A stretch of DNA of 64,000 nucleotides from an uncultured Erysipelotrichaceae bacterium (GTDB taxonomy: Bacteria; Bacillota_I; Bacilli_A; RF39; UBA660), in assembly GCA_902795215.1 (NCBI GenBank), contig CADBKG010000005.1, positions 6,920-70,919 of the forward strand, in the 5' to 3' direction. A model generated the notes under the pieces. That model was not told the origin of the DNA. It did not search any database and worked only from the letters and a program-made list of their open reading frames with translations. This document shows positions 46,601 to 55,900 of the stretch, in pieces; position 1 is the first letter of the stretch; every line of letters starts with the position of its first letter. A program made the translations under genes and the position numbers.

Positions 46601-47520
46601 ATAATAAAATAGAATTTAATGATAGTATTACAATTTACTATAAGAATATTACTGGTTATGATGTAGTAAATGAAGTTAAAGCCGAGATTGCTGATAATAC
46701 TAAAACTGATTCACATACTAATAAAGTAAATGGATCAAATGTATATGTTAAATATGTAGAAGAAGGTACTACTAATGAGCTTAAAGAAACTAAAGATTTA
46801 GGTACTAAACTTCCAGGAGAAAGTTATTCAACAGAACCTGAAGATATTTATGGTTATACTGTAGTTAATGAAAAGCCAGATAAATATAAAGGGGAATATG
46901 CTGTAGACGATATTACTGTAGTATATGAATACTCTAAAAATCCTGGCGAAGTAACTGAAGAAACTTTAGAAAAAACTGGTGATGAAGAAGCAGTTAATAA
47001 AGATGGTATATTTACATACGATATTAACTACAATGCAACAATAGATGACTTTGCAGGAACAGTTACAACAACAGTAACAGATACACTTCCATATGCAATA
47101 GATGAAAGTGCAAGTGATCTTCAAGGTGGAACATATGATAGTTCAAATAAAACTATTACATGGACATTTGATACAGAAATTAATGAAGATAACCAAGATA
47201 TTGAGTTTACAAAAACTATTAAAGTTAAATATGTAGGAGTAGATAAAAATAAGGTTAAAAATGAAGTTAATACTGTAACAGCTTATGATGAAAAAACAAC
47301 TGAAAAAACAGATGATTACGAAACAGATGTTAAAGATGGTACAATCACTGTTAGATGGATTGAAGTAGACAAAGATGGAAATGAAGTTAAGATGATTCTA
47401 CAACAACAGGTCTTGTTGGAGATACTCTTGATACAAAAGCTGATGACTTCTATGGTTATACTTTACTTAACGAAGAATCAGAAACTACAGAAACATATGC
47501 AGAAAAACCTCAAACAGTAG
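43606..47520 (+). CDS. sortase-anchored adhesin, N-terminal segment (signal peptide, vWFA domain, MucBP-like/TDTLP repeat modules); reading frame lost at 47389-47391
   Basis: Signal/anchor LLFTIFYAIYFIVSPAVGVIAA; vWFA MIDAS VVDASNSMDG...FISDGEP; alternating repeat modules. After 47391 the translation becomes nonsense (MILQQQVLLEILL...) until TAG 47518-47520. Confidence 0.7.
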   Translation: MKEKISRFSKLLFTIFYAIYFIVSPAVGVIAAEPQKGEVRNGNETASKGDVSVNKKVEPVAGQEGYYDITFTVKGKKYTDSTTVPTYTVFVVDASNSMDGTPWRNAKNAAIAASKTIIDASSESKVALVTFGLDASIEKGFSHSYLTNSDFGNLKGLTNYDAGLMRALELLNSVTEENAVKNVVFISDGEPRVGLGNIASAPNSFDITTWNGPFSQKTTTYYTQSEISPYKFVSDAYSYLDSSSQTTYLMGHKRNVNNTAEPYKSYNYTRNNTLSKVKGKLTGENENIYSVSYNISDRTYQENLRTISTNGNYYNTDSDGIGQILADVATKISTTYAGEDATLTDNMGADFDVQTSSGFDVVGDDALSVHIDKLDDETRTFTIRVKIDPYASTGWHKTNDGFTLTYTDENGNEQTITPENDPEVYWVAAKGKVTANYYIDGTTTKLADSVVQINDVSTNGVRNTYETSSKDIYGYTLKSVDGEETGYYTIEDQEVNYYYTKNDITVIDDETSIEKTGDATETHKKVTDAFNYQINYETKTDDYIGDATVTITDTLPYEVDLSKTNDFAGGTYNQENKTITWTVTKNVSEPTTENPDANKIKFNKNITVYYKNITDYNVVNNVKAQIANNTKEDSHSNIVDGTHVYVKYIDKSTGAALIPQKDLGEKLPGTSYSTTPETIYGYTVVSETPENYEGTYANDDITVVYEYNKNQGDVKNQNISKTAPAKLDSVNNYIEYTINYSATVDEFVGTATTILKDTPIYKVDTSKANDFGDGVYDEETNTITWTLTNENPLSEENKAVSYNRTIKVYYILDDSFDGTIVNNVNGKTQNSETVEASAPTTIDKGKVITKFVEEGTTTEIAQRVEEEDYYGRTTDTNAIDIYGYTLVTDPSATKETFGEEEVVVIYEYSKNPIEVDDDQTSLEKTGDDSSVKKNVDDAFNYEINYETVVVNSLGEATVTITDTLPYEVDASKSDFGDGEYDPSTNTITWEVTKNITKTDNKIEFNDSITIYYKNITGYDVVNEVKAEIADNTKTDSHTNKVNGSNVYVKYVEEGTTNELKETKDLGTKLPGESYSTEPEDIYGYTVVNEKPDKYKGEYAVDDITVVYEYSKNPGEVTEETLEKTGDEEAVNKDGIFTYDINYNATIDDFAGTVTTTVTDTLPYAIDESASDLQGGTYDSSNKTITWTFDTEINEDNQDIEFTKTIKVKYVGVDKNKVKNEVNTVTAYDEKTTEKTDDYETDVKDGTITVRWIEVDKDGNEVKMILQQQVLLEILLIQKLMTSMVILYLTKNQKLQKHMQKNLKQ

Positions 47521-49365
47521 AGTACAAATATATTAGAAACGCTGGAGATGTAACAGGAGATATTACCAAAACTGGTCCAGCTACAAGTGATTCAATAAAT
47601 GACCCAGTAACATACGATGTAGAATATACTGGCAAAGTAGATGATTTTGTTGGAACAGCTACAACAATCATTAAAGATTCACCACTATATAAAATAGATG
47701 TTACTAAATCTAGCTTAGATGGTGGAGAATATGATGAAGCAACTAACACAATTACATGGACTCATAACAAAGAAATAACAAAAGATGATAATGAATTATC
47801 ATATAAACATACAATTACTCTATATTACTTAATAAATGCAGATGAATTTGATGGAGATATTACAAATACTGCAACAAGTTCTACAACAACAGATACACAA
47901 ACAAAGCCAGCAGAAGAACAAACTGACGAAGTAACAACTACAGTTGGTAAAGGAACAGTTGTAACTAAGTTTGTAGAAGAAGGAACAACAAAAGAAATTG
48001 CAGAAAGCGTAACAGATACAGGATACTATGGTGATACAGTAGAAACTAAAGCTATAGATGTATATGGTTATACTTTAGTAACTAGTCCAGATACTACAAC
48101 TGAAACATTTGCAAAAGAAGAAAAAACAGTTGTATATGAATATTCTAAGAATCCTGGAGATGTAACTGAAGAAGAAATTTCAAAAGAAGGATCAGATACT
48201 CCAGTTGGAAAAGATGAATTATTTACATATGATTTATCATACAACGCTACAATAGATGACTTTGCAGGAACAGTTACAACAACTGTAACAGATACACTTC
48301 CATATGCAATAGATGAAAGTGCAAGTGATCTAGCTGGCGGAAACTATAATAGTGCAAAGAACACTATTACTTGGACATTTGATACAGAGATTAATGAAGA
48401 TAACCAAGATATCGAGTTTACAAAAACAATTAAAGTAAAATATGTTGGAGTAGATAAAAACAAAGTTAAAAACACTTTAAAAGGTGAAACAACATATGAT
48501 GATAATAAAACTAAGAAAGAAACTTCAGAAGAAACTGAAGTTAAAGAAGGTACAATCACTGTTAGATGGATTGAAGTAGATAAAGATGGTGAAGAAATAG
48601 CGCCTTTAAAAGATGATTCAAAAACAACAGGACTTGTTGGAGATACTCGCGATACTAAAGCTGAAAAATTCTTTGGATATACATTACTTTCTGATATACC
48701 TGAAGAAATAACAGCTACTTATAAAGAAGAACCAACTTATGTTGTATATAGATACACTAAGAATCCTGGAGATGTAACTAATAGTGAAGTTACTAAAATA
48801 GGTGATAGCGAGGCAGTTTCTAAAAACAAAGAATTTACTTATACACTAACTTATAAGAAAACTATTGATAACTTTGTAGGTGAAACTCATACTGCTATAA
48901 TCGATACTTTACCTGGTAAGATTGATTTATCAAAGAGTAATCTTGCTGGTGGAGAATATGATGAAGAAAACAATAATATCATATGGGATTTTGATACTGT
49001 ACTAGATGAAAATCATCATGATATTAACTTTACTAAAACAATTACAGTAGTATTTACAGATATAAATAGTGATACTATTACTAATAAAATGCATGGTGTT
49101 ACAGTATATGATGATGAAAGAACTACTGGAGATAGTGAATACACTACAGAAGTTAAAAAATCAACTATTATAGTTAAATATATCGATGAAGAAGGTAACG
49201 AAATAGCTGAGAGTTATTCAAGTACTGACTTAGTAGGTAATACTGGAACATTTAATGCTAAAACAATTGAAGGATACACATTAAAAACTCCTGCAAGTGG
49301 AAGCATTACAACAACTTATGAAGAAGAAACAAAAACTATAGTATTTATCTATACTAAGAATTTAC
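44890..49365 (+). repeat. in-gene tandem coding modules (~0.6 kb units, ~1.2 kb A/B super-repeat)
   Basis: GATACACTTCCATATG (TDTLPY) recurs near 45262, 46488, 47079 and 48291, with divergent B-type units between. 47041-47385 and 48250-48594 are about 90 percent identical by eye. Confidence 0.65.
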
Positions 49366-49496
49366 CACCTAAAGAAGAAGGAATTGTTCCTCCTCAAACA
49401 GGACTTGATGGAGTTAAATATTATGGAATTTATTCTATTAAATATTTAGTACTTCTTATCTTAGTTGCAGCTAGATTAAAATTTAAAAGAGCTTAA
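47391..49496 (+). CDS. sortase-anchored adhesin, C-terminal segment (repeat modules + PPQTG sorting signal); continuation of 43606 in another frame
   Basis: The frame opens right after TAA 47388-47390 and reads DDSTTTGLVGDTLDTKADDFYGYTLL, homologous to the later module DDSKTTGLVGDTRDTKAEKFFGYTLL. It has no start codon of its own. It ends with PPQTG (49389-49403), a hydrophobic helix and RLKFKRA. Confidence 0.7.
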   Translation, partial: DDSTTTGLVGDTLDTKADDFYGYTLLNEESETTETYAEKPQTVEYKYIRNAGDVTGDITKTGPATSDSINDPVTYDVEYTGKVDDFVGTATTIIKDSPLYKIDVTKSSLDGGEYDEATNTITWTHNKEITKDDNELSYKHTITLYYLINADEFDGDITNTATSSTTTDTQTKPAEEQTDEVTTTVGKGTVVTKFVEEGTTKEIAESVTDTGYYGDTVETKAIDVYGYTLVTSPDTTTETFAKEEKTVVYEYSKNPGDVTEEEISKEGSDTPVGKDELFTYDLSYNATIDDFAGTVTTTVTDTLPYAIDESASDLAGGNYNSAKNTITWTFDTEINEDNQDIEFTKTIKVKYVGVDKNKVKNTLKGETTYDDNKTKKETSEETEVKEGTITVRWIEVDKDGEEIAPLKDDSKTTGLVGDTRDTKAEKFFGYTLLSDIPEEITATYKEEPTYVVYRYTKNPGDVTNSEVTKIGDSEAVSKNKEFTYTLTYKKTIDNFVGETHTAIIDTLPGKIDLSKSNLAGGEYDEENNNIIWDFDTVLDENHHDINFTKTITVVFTDINSDTITNKMHGVTVYDDERTTGDSEYTTEVKKSTIIVKYIDEEGNEIAESYSSTDLVGNTGTFNAKTIEGYTLKTPASGSITTTYEEETKTIVFIYTKNLPPKEEGIVPPQTGLDGVKYYGIYSIKYLVLLILVAARLKFKRA

Positions 49497-49509
49497 GGCT
49501 CTTTTTTTT
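49485..49509 (+). terminator. rho-independent terminator after the adhesin
   Basis: AAAAGAGC-ttaag-GCTCTTTT continuing into a T-run; the stop codon lies in the loop. Confidence 0.65.
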
Positions 49510-49596
49510 GTGTAATTAATGTAAAGAAATTGACAATTTATTGAAAGTGTAAAAAAAAGTGTGTTATAATTTAGTTGAAAATAGGAGGATTTTATT

Positions 49597-51498
49597 ATGG
49601 CAAACAATAGTAACAATAGTAAAGTATCAAATATAATTAAAACAACTAAAGAAAAAGCAATAGCTGCTAAAAACAAACAAGAAACTGGGAAGTCTTGGGC
49701 AAGATATGATGCAACTACTGATACATATGAAAGTATGGAGTTATCTGCTAATCAAAATAAGTATAAAGATGTATCAAGTGATAATCAGGAATTAGTTGAT
49801 TATGTAAGTAAGAATGGTTATATGGTTGGAACTGGTTCTGACACATTTGATCCAAATGGAACAATGACTAGAGCTCAAATGATTCAAACTTTATATGCAA
49901 TGGAAGGAAAACCTAGTGTTGGAAAAGCTAATTTTAGCGATGTTAGTAGTGATGCTTGGTATTCTGATGCAGTTGCATGGGCACAAAAAGAAGGAATAGT
50001 CGCAGGACATACAGACGGAACATTTAGACCAGATGATACTATTACTAGAGAACAAATGGCTGCTATAATGAAAAAATATGCTGAACATAATGGTAAAAAG
50101 GTAAGCGGACATACAAGTGCTAAAAACTTTGATGATAGTAAAAATATTTCTGGTTATGCAGTTGAAGCTATTTCTTGGGGATTAGATACAGGAATGATGG
50201 ATGCAAGCCTTGGCAATGTTAGACCTAAAGATAATGCAACTAGACTTGAAATGGCTAAAATGCTAAAAGCCTATGATGAGCAATATACTAAAGAGGCTTA
50301 TACAGAAACAGTTGATATGAGTCATGAAACCTCTCTTAAAACTCAAGGAAATATTGATGCAACTCCTTCATTTGTATCAACTAAATATAAAGATGTTTCA
50401 AGTAGCAATGCCGAAACTGTAAATTATGTAAGTGATAGAGGAATAATGGTTGGTAATGGCACCGATAAATTTAATCCTGATCAAACATTAACAAGAGCAC
50501 AATTTGTACAAACGTTATATGCAATGAGTGGTAAACCTTATACAGGAGAAAATAATACATTTAAAGATGTAGCAGATGGTAGTACATATTCTGATGCAAT
50601 TACTTGGGCACAAAATACTGGGCTTGTCGCTGGTAATACAGATGGAACCTTTAGACCAAATGATACAATTACTAAAGAGCAGATGGCAGCAATACTTAAA
50701 AAATACGGTGAATTATCAAATAAAGATTTAGGTTCATATAGTGTTGAATCAATAAACAATTTTACCGATTCAAGCAGCGCAAGTAATTATGCAAAAGATT
50801 CTCTAGCATGGGCTAGCCAGAAAGGAATTATAAGTACAAACGGAACTAATTTAAATCCTAAAGCTGATGTAACAAGAATGGATTTAGCAAATGCTCTTAA
50901 AGTTTTTGATGAAGATTATAATAACGGAACGGGAAAAAACAATACAATGAAAGCCGCAAAAACTAACCCAGTTAAGAAAGTAAATGATGCACAAATATTA
51001 AGTTCTATTCAAACTAGATTTAATGGACTTAGTGGTGGAAATTATAATCATATGTGTGGCCAGCTTACATGCGATCAACTTGCAGTTCAAGGGCTTATTG
51101 GCGATGGTGATAGAGTAGGCTCAGGATGTAACCAAGCAAGGGCTATTGCAAGTGGAGGAAGAACTTCTACAGGATATAAAGTAAATGGATATGAGATGAA
51201 TTCACAAAATGCAAGAACACAATTTGAAAGAATGATTAATGATAATGGAGGCTCAGTAGATAACGTAGTTGTAAGTTTTGCAGCAAATACTGGATGTCTT
51301 GGCCCACATGGTCATGTATGTTTAATATCTAAAATAGAGAATGGTAATGTATATTTAATAGATGATACAAGCTTTACAACTAATTCAAATGGTAATAGAG
51401 TAGCAACTAAGATGAGTGTTAGTGATTTTGAAACAAATTATTTTGATAGAATAGGAACTCCAAATTATATGGCAGTCGTTACCAATCAAAGAGCTTAA
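49597..51498 (+). CDS. protein with 2 x 3 SLH domains and a C-terminal CHAP/papain-like domain
   Basis: AGGAGG RBS. Six SLH-type repeats (for example FSDVSSDAWYSDAVAWAQKEGIVAGHTDGTFRPDDTITREQMAAIM). The C-terminus has Cys (NHMCGQLTC) and PHGHVCLISKIENGNVYLIDD, reminiscent of CHAP. No N-terminal signal peptide. Confidence 0.65.
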   Translation: MANNSNNSKVSNIIKTTKEKAIAAKNKQETGKSWARYDATTDTYESMELSANQNKYKDVSSDNQELVDYVSKNGYMVGTGSDTFDPNGTMTRAQMIQTLYAMEGKPSVGKANFSDVSSDAWYSDAVAWAQKEGIVAGHTDGTFRPDDTITREQMAAIMKKYAEHNGKKVSGHTSAKNFDDSKNISGYAVEAISWGLDTGMMDASLGNVRPKDNATRLEMAKMLKAYDEQYTKEAYTETVDMSHETSLKTQGNIDATPSFVSTKYKDVSSSNAETVNYVSDRGIMVGNGTDKFNPDQTLTRAQFVQTLYAMSGKPYTGENNTFKDVADGSTYSDAITWAQNTGLVAGNTDGTFRPNDTITKEQMAAILKKYGELSNKDLGSYSVESINNFTDSSSASNYAKDSLAWASQKGIISTNGTNLNPKADVTRMDLANALKVFDEDYNNGTGKNNTMKAAKTNPVKKVNDAQILSSIQTRFNGLSGGNYNHMCGQLTCDQLAVQGLIGDGDRVGSGCNQARAIASGGRTSTGYKVNGYEMNSQNARTQFERMINDNGGSVDNVVVSFAANTGCLGPHGHVCLISKIENGNVYLIDDTSFTTNSNGNRVATKMSVSDFETNYFDRIGTPNYMAVVTNQRA

Positions 51499-51516
51499 TT
51501 TAAGAAAGGTTATAAT

Positions 51517-52692
51517 ATGAATAATGGCGTAAATCCTATAACTAATGTTGGCGATGATAGTGCTTACGGCGCAGGAACAAATTATAATAATGGATATAAT
51601 CCAAATAGTAATGTAAATGTTCAAAATGAAAATGTAATGCTTAGAGCTAATACAAATACTTTTAGCGATGTATCTGGTAATCAAGTTAATATATCTGAAT
51701 ATGTTAATAGTAAGGGATTAATGGTTGGTACTGGAGATACTTCATTTAATCCAAACGGGACTGTAACAAGAGCTCAAATGGTTCAAACGCTTTATGCTAT
51801 GGCAGGAAAACCACCAGTAAGTGGAGATTCACAATTTAGTGATGTAACTAGTGATAAATGGTATAATGATGCAATTAATTGGGCACAACAAAACGGTATA
51901 GTCGCAGGTTATACGGACGGTTCTTTTAAACCAGATCAAGAAATTACAAGAGAACAAATGCTAGCTATTATGAATAAATATGCAACATATTGTGGTGAAA
52001 ACACAAGTCAAGCAAATTCAGCTTTTAATTATAGTGATGCAAATAGCATTAGTAACTATGCAGTTGCACCTATTTCTTGGGGTGTAGAACACGGAATGAT
52101 TTCAGATAATTTATCTAATTTAAGACCAAAGGATAATGCAACAAGAATAGAACTAGCACAAATGCTTATGCGTTATGACCAAGATTATAATGGAAGCACT
52201 GGTAGATCAGCACATGTTGGTGCAGGTGCAGATAATATGCAAGTAACAGATGTGGCAGGAAATAGAGCAGCTAGTCAAGCAAGTTCTGGAAGTGTAAGTT
52301 CAATTCAAACAGCTGTAGTTGATGATGCATTATCTTATGTAGGCAAATTAAATTATGTTTATGGAGGGGAAAGTTTGGAATCAGGCGCTGATTGTTCTGG
52401 TTTTACTAAAGCGATATATGCTACTTACGGAATTAATCTTCCACATAGTACAACAGAACAAATGAAATGTGGTGTGGAAGTTCCAGGTGCAGTTGCAGCT
52501 TATAACAAAGGTGATTATAGTTTACTTCAGCCTGGAGACTTAATTATTTGCGAAGGAAAAGGTCACGTGACTATGTATGTCGGAGATGGTAAAGTTGTTC
52601 ATTCACCTACTGAGGGTAGACAAGTAACAGTTCAAGATTTGAATTATTATAATTTTAATGGCGCTACTGCAATTAGAAGAATAATACAATAA
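51517..52692 (+). CDS. SLH-domain NlpC/P60 (C40) peptidoglycan endopeptidase
   Basis: Three SLH repeats, then YVYGGESLESGADCSGFTKAIY...GDLII...GHVTMYVGDGKVVHSP (NlpC/P60 Cys-His core). N-rich N-terminus without a signal peptide. Confidence 0.75.
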   Translation: MNNGVNPITNVGDDSAYGAGTNYNNGYNPNSNVNVQNENVMLRANTNTFSDVSGNQVNISEYVNSKGLMVGTGDTSFNPNGTVTRAQMVQTLYAMAGKPPVSGDSQFSDVTSDKWYNDAINWAQQNGIVAGYTDGSFKPDQEITREQMLAIMNKYATYCGENTSQANSAFNYSDANSISNYAVAPISWGVEHGMISDNLSNLRPKDNATRIELAQMLMRYDQDYNGSTGRSAHVGAGADNMQVTDVAGNRAASQASSGSVSSIQTAVVDDALSYVGKLNYVYGGESLESGADCSGFTKAIYATYGINLPHSTTEQMKCGVEVPGAVAAYNKGDYSLLQPGDLIICEGKGHVTMYVGDGKVVHSPTEGRQVTVQDLNYYNFNGATAIRRIIQ

Positions 52693-52717
52693 GTTGGAAA
52701 TGTTCCAACTTTTTCTT
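52692..52717 (+). terminator. rho-independent terminator
   Basis: AGTTGGAA-atg-TTCCAACT then TTTTCTT. Confidence 0.65.
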
Positions 52718-52831
52718 GTATTTAGATAAATATTGTGCTATATTTTAGTTAGAAGAGGAGAAGAAATTAAGCTCTAATATGTCAAAATGTCAAATCAGAG
52801 TTGTTTTTTTCGTCTTTTAATAAATTTATTG

Positions 52832-52860
52832 TTGACATTTTTCTGATATGCTGATAAAAT
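52832..52860 (+). promoter_or_regulatory. sigma-A promoter upstream of rpoB
   Basis: TTGACA (52832-52837), 17 nt, TAAAAT (52855-52860). A second candidate, TTGTAT-17-TATATT, lies near 52717-52745. Confidence 0.45.
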
Positions 52861-52933
52861 TTTATGTTGGTGGCATATCTTTTTATTTATATAAGAATTC
52901 CTACCCAAAAAATATACGTTAGGGGATGAAATA

Positions 52934-55900
52934 GTGGCATACAAAAAACAAAAATTTGGAGACCATAGAGAAAGAGTAACTTTCTCAAAAACTAAAAACG
53001 TTTTAGAATTATCAAATCTATTAGACGTACAAAAGAAATCATATGAAGATTTCTTACAAAAAGGGATTAAGGAGGTATTCGAAGATTTATTTCCAGTTGA
53101 ATCATTCACTGGAAATGTTTCGCTTGAGTTCTTAGATTATTACTTTGACGAGCCTCGTTACTCTGTTAAAGAAACAAAAGAAAGGGCAGTAACTTATAGT
53201 GCACCTATGAAGGTTAATGCTAGAGTGTTCCTAAACGAAACAGGCGAAGTTAAAGAACAAGAAGTATTCCTTGGTGATTTACCAATGATGACTGAATCTG
53301 GAACCTTTATAATAAACGGTGTTGAAAGAGTAATACAAAGTCAGCTTGTTAGAAGTCCAAGTATTTACTTTGCAAGAGAAGTAGATAAAAACGGTAGACC
53401 TGTTATTTCTGGACAAGTTATACCAAATAAAGGTACTTGGCTTGAATTTGAACAAGATGCTAGAGATGTATTATATATAAGGATTGATAGAACTAGAAAA
53501 GTTCCATTAACTACATTTTTACGTGCTATAGGATTATCAAGTAATGAAGACATTACTAGAATTTTTGGTGAAAATGAGTTTTTAAATAACACATTTGAAA
53601 AAGATTCAACTAATAATACTGATGAAGCATTAATAGAAATCTATGAAAAATTACGTCCTGGAGAACCAGCTACACTTGAAAGTGCTAAGAACCAATTAGT
53701 TACACAATTCTTTGATAGATTCCGTTATGACTTAGCTAAAGTTGGTAGATATAAATATAATAAGAAATTAAATGTACTTGATAGACTTGTTGGATGCAAA
53801 ATTGCTGAAGATATTAAAGATGGAAATAAAGTAATAGTTAAAAAAGGTACTTTAATTACTAAAGATTTACAAAATGAAATTAAGCCATTATTTGAAAATG
53901 GTTATGGTAAAAAAGAAGTTAAGATTAATGAAGAACTTGATAAATTTAATGTAGTAACTGAAGTTCTAGTATATGATAAAAATGATGAAGAAAAAGTTGT
54001 TAAAGTTATTGGTAATGACCAAAGTATACTTGAAAAAAGACTTACTATATCTGATGTATATGGTGCAGTTAGTTATTATTTAAATTTACTTGGTGGAATT
54101 GGATCTACAGATGAAATTGACCACTTAGGTAATAGACGTGTTAGACAAGTTGGAGAACTAGTTGAAAATCAATTTAGAGTTGGTATGGCTAGAATGGAAA
54201 GAGTTATTCGTGAACGTATGACTACTCAAGATCTTGAAAATGTAACGCCTAAGAGTTTAATTAATATTAGACCAGTCACTGCTGCATTAAAAGAATTCTT
54301 TGGTTCAAGTCAGTTATCTAAATTCATGGATCAAGTAAATCCAATTGCAGAATTAACTGATAAGAGACGTTTATCTAGTCTTGGACCAGGTGGATTATCT
54401 AGAGATAGAGCAGGTATGGATGTTCGTGACGTTAACCCAAGTCACTATGGTAGAATTTGCCCTGTAGAGTCTCCTGAAGGTGCAAATATCGGTCTTATTG
54501 CATCTTTATCTGGATATGCTAAAATTAACGAATATGGTTTCATTATGACACCTTATAGAAAGGTTGTTAATAAGAAACTTACTGATGAAATAGTTTATAT
54601 GACTGCTGATGAGGAACAAGATTATTATATTACTCAAGCAACAGTACCTGTAAATAAAGATAATGAAATAGAAGCAAAAGAAGTAATTGTTAGATTTAAT
54701 GGTGATGACTTACTAGTTAAACCAGAAATGGTTAATTATATGGATGTAGCTCCAAGTCAAATAGTATCACTTACTACAAGCTTAATACCATTCTTGGATC
54801 ATGATGATGGTAAAAGAGCACTTATGGGTTCTAACATGCAACGTCAAGCAGTTCCTCTTCTTGTAACAGAAGCACCTTACGTTGGAACAGGTGTAGAAGC
54901 TGCAGTTGCTAAATACTCTGGTTCAAGTGTAGTTGCTAAAGCAGATGGTGTAGTTGAATATGCTGATAGTAAGAGAATTACTGTTAAAACTGCTAAAGGT
55001 GAAGATAATTATACACTTGTAGAATTTGAAAGATCTAATGATGAAACATGTATAAATCAAAAACCAATTGTAAAAATTGGAGATAAAGTAAAACGTGGAG
55101 AAGTAATCGCTGATGGTCCTTCAATGGATAAAGGTGAACTTGCTATTGGTAAAAATATGGTTGTAGCTTTCATGACATTCGATGGTTATAACTATGAAGA
55201 TGCTGTTATCCTAAATGAAAGACTTGTAAAAGATGATGCATTTACTTCAATCCATTTACAACATTATGAAATCGAGTGCCGTGATACTAAACTAGGTCCT
55301 GAAGAAATTACTCGTGATATACCAAATATCAGCGAAGAAGCTCGTAAGAACCTTGATAAAAATGGTATTATTAAAATCGGTACAGAAGTTAAAGAAAATG
55401 ACATATTAGTAGGTAAAGTTACACCTAAAGGTGTTCAAGAACTTACTAGTGAAGAAAAATTATTACATGCTATCTTTGGTGAAAAAACTAGAGAAGTAAG
55501 AGATACATCATTACGTGTTCCTCATGGAACTTATGGTATCGTACATGATATTAAAGTTTATACTAAAGAAAATAGTGATGAACTTGGCGCTGGTGTATCT
55601 AAGATTGTTAGAGTATATATCGTACAAAAACGTAAAATCCAAGTTGGAGATAAGATGAGTGGTAGACACGGAAATAAAGGTGTTGTATCATTAGTAGTTC
55701 CTGAAGAGGATATGCCTTACTTACCAGATGGAAGACCAGTAGATATTATGCTTAATCCAATGGGTGTACCTTCTCGTATGAACCTTGGACAGTTACTCGA
55801 ACTTCACCTTGGTATGGCTGCTAAAAAATTAGGTGTATATACTGCAACTCCAGTATTTGATGGAGCATCAATCGAAGAAATCGAAAAGATGATGAAAGAT

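Noticed and set aside
47510-48559. Minus-strand ORFs 47510-47749 and 48344-48559 within the adhesin
   Set aside because: These are antisense artefacts of repeat-rich coding sequence. The plus-strand frame is open for 2.1 kb and homologous to upstream modules.
44890-49365. Periodic repeats in the 43.6-49.5 kb region as a CRISPR array, satellite or IS copies
   Set aside because: The repeats are ~0.6-1.2 kb, in frame, and encode recognisable adhesin modules. There is no short repeat-spacer structure.
40636-52717. The whole tRNA-Thr to rpoB segment as an integrative mobile element
   Set aside because: No integrase, recombinase, excisionase or transposase ORF is present. I could not find a repeat of the tRNA-Thr 3' end by eye. 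It is reported only as a possible remnant island.
52781-52796. Direct repeat ATGTCAAA-ATGTCAAA in the rpoB leader
   Set aside because: It is too short (8 nt x2) to distinguish from chance in AT-rich DNA, and no associated structure was found.
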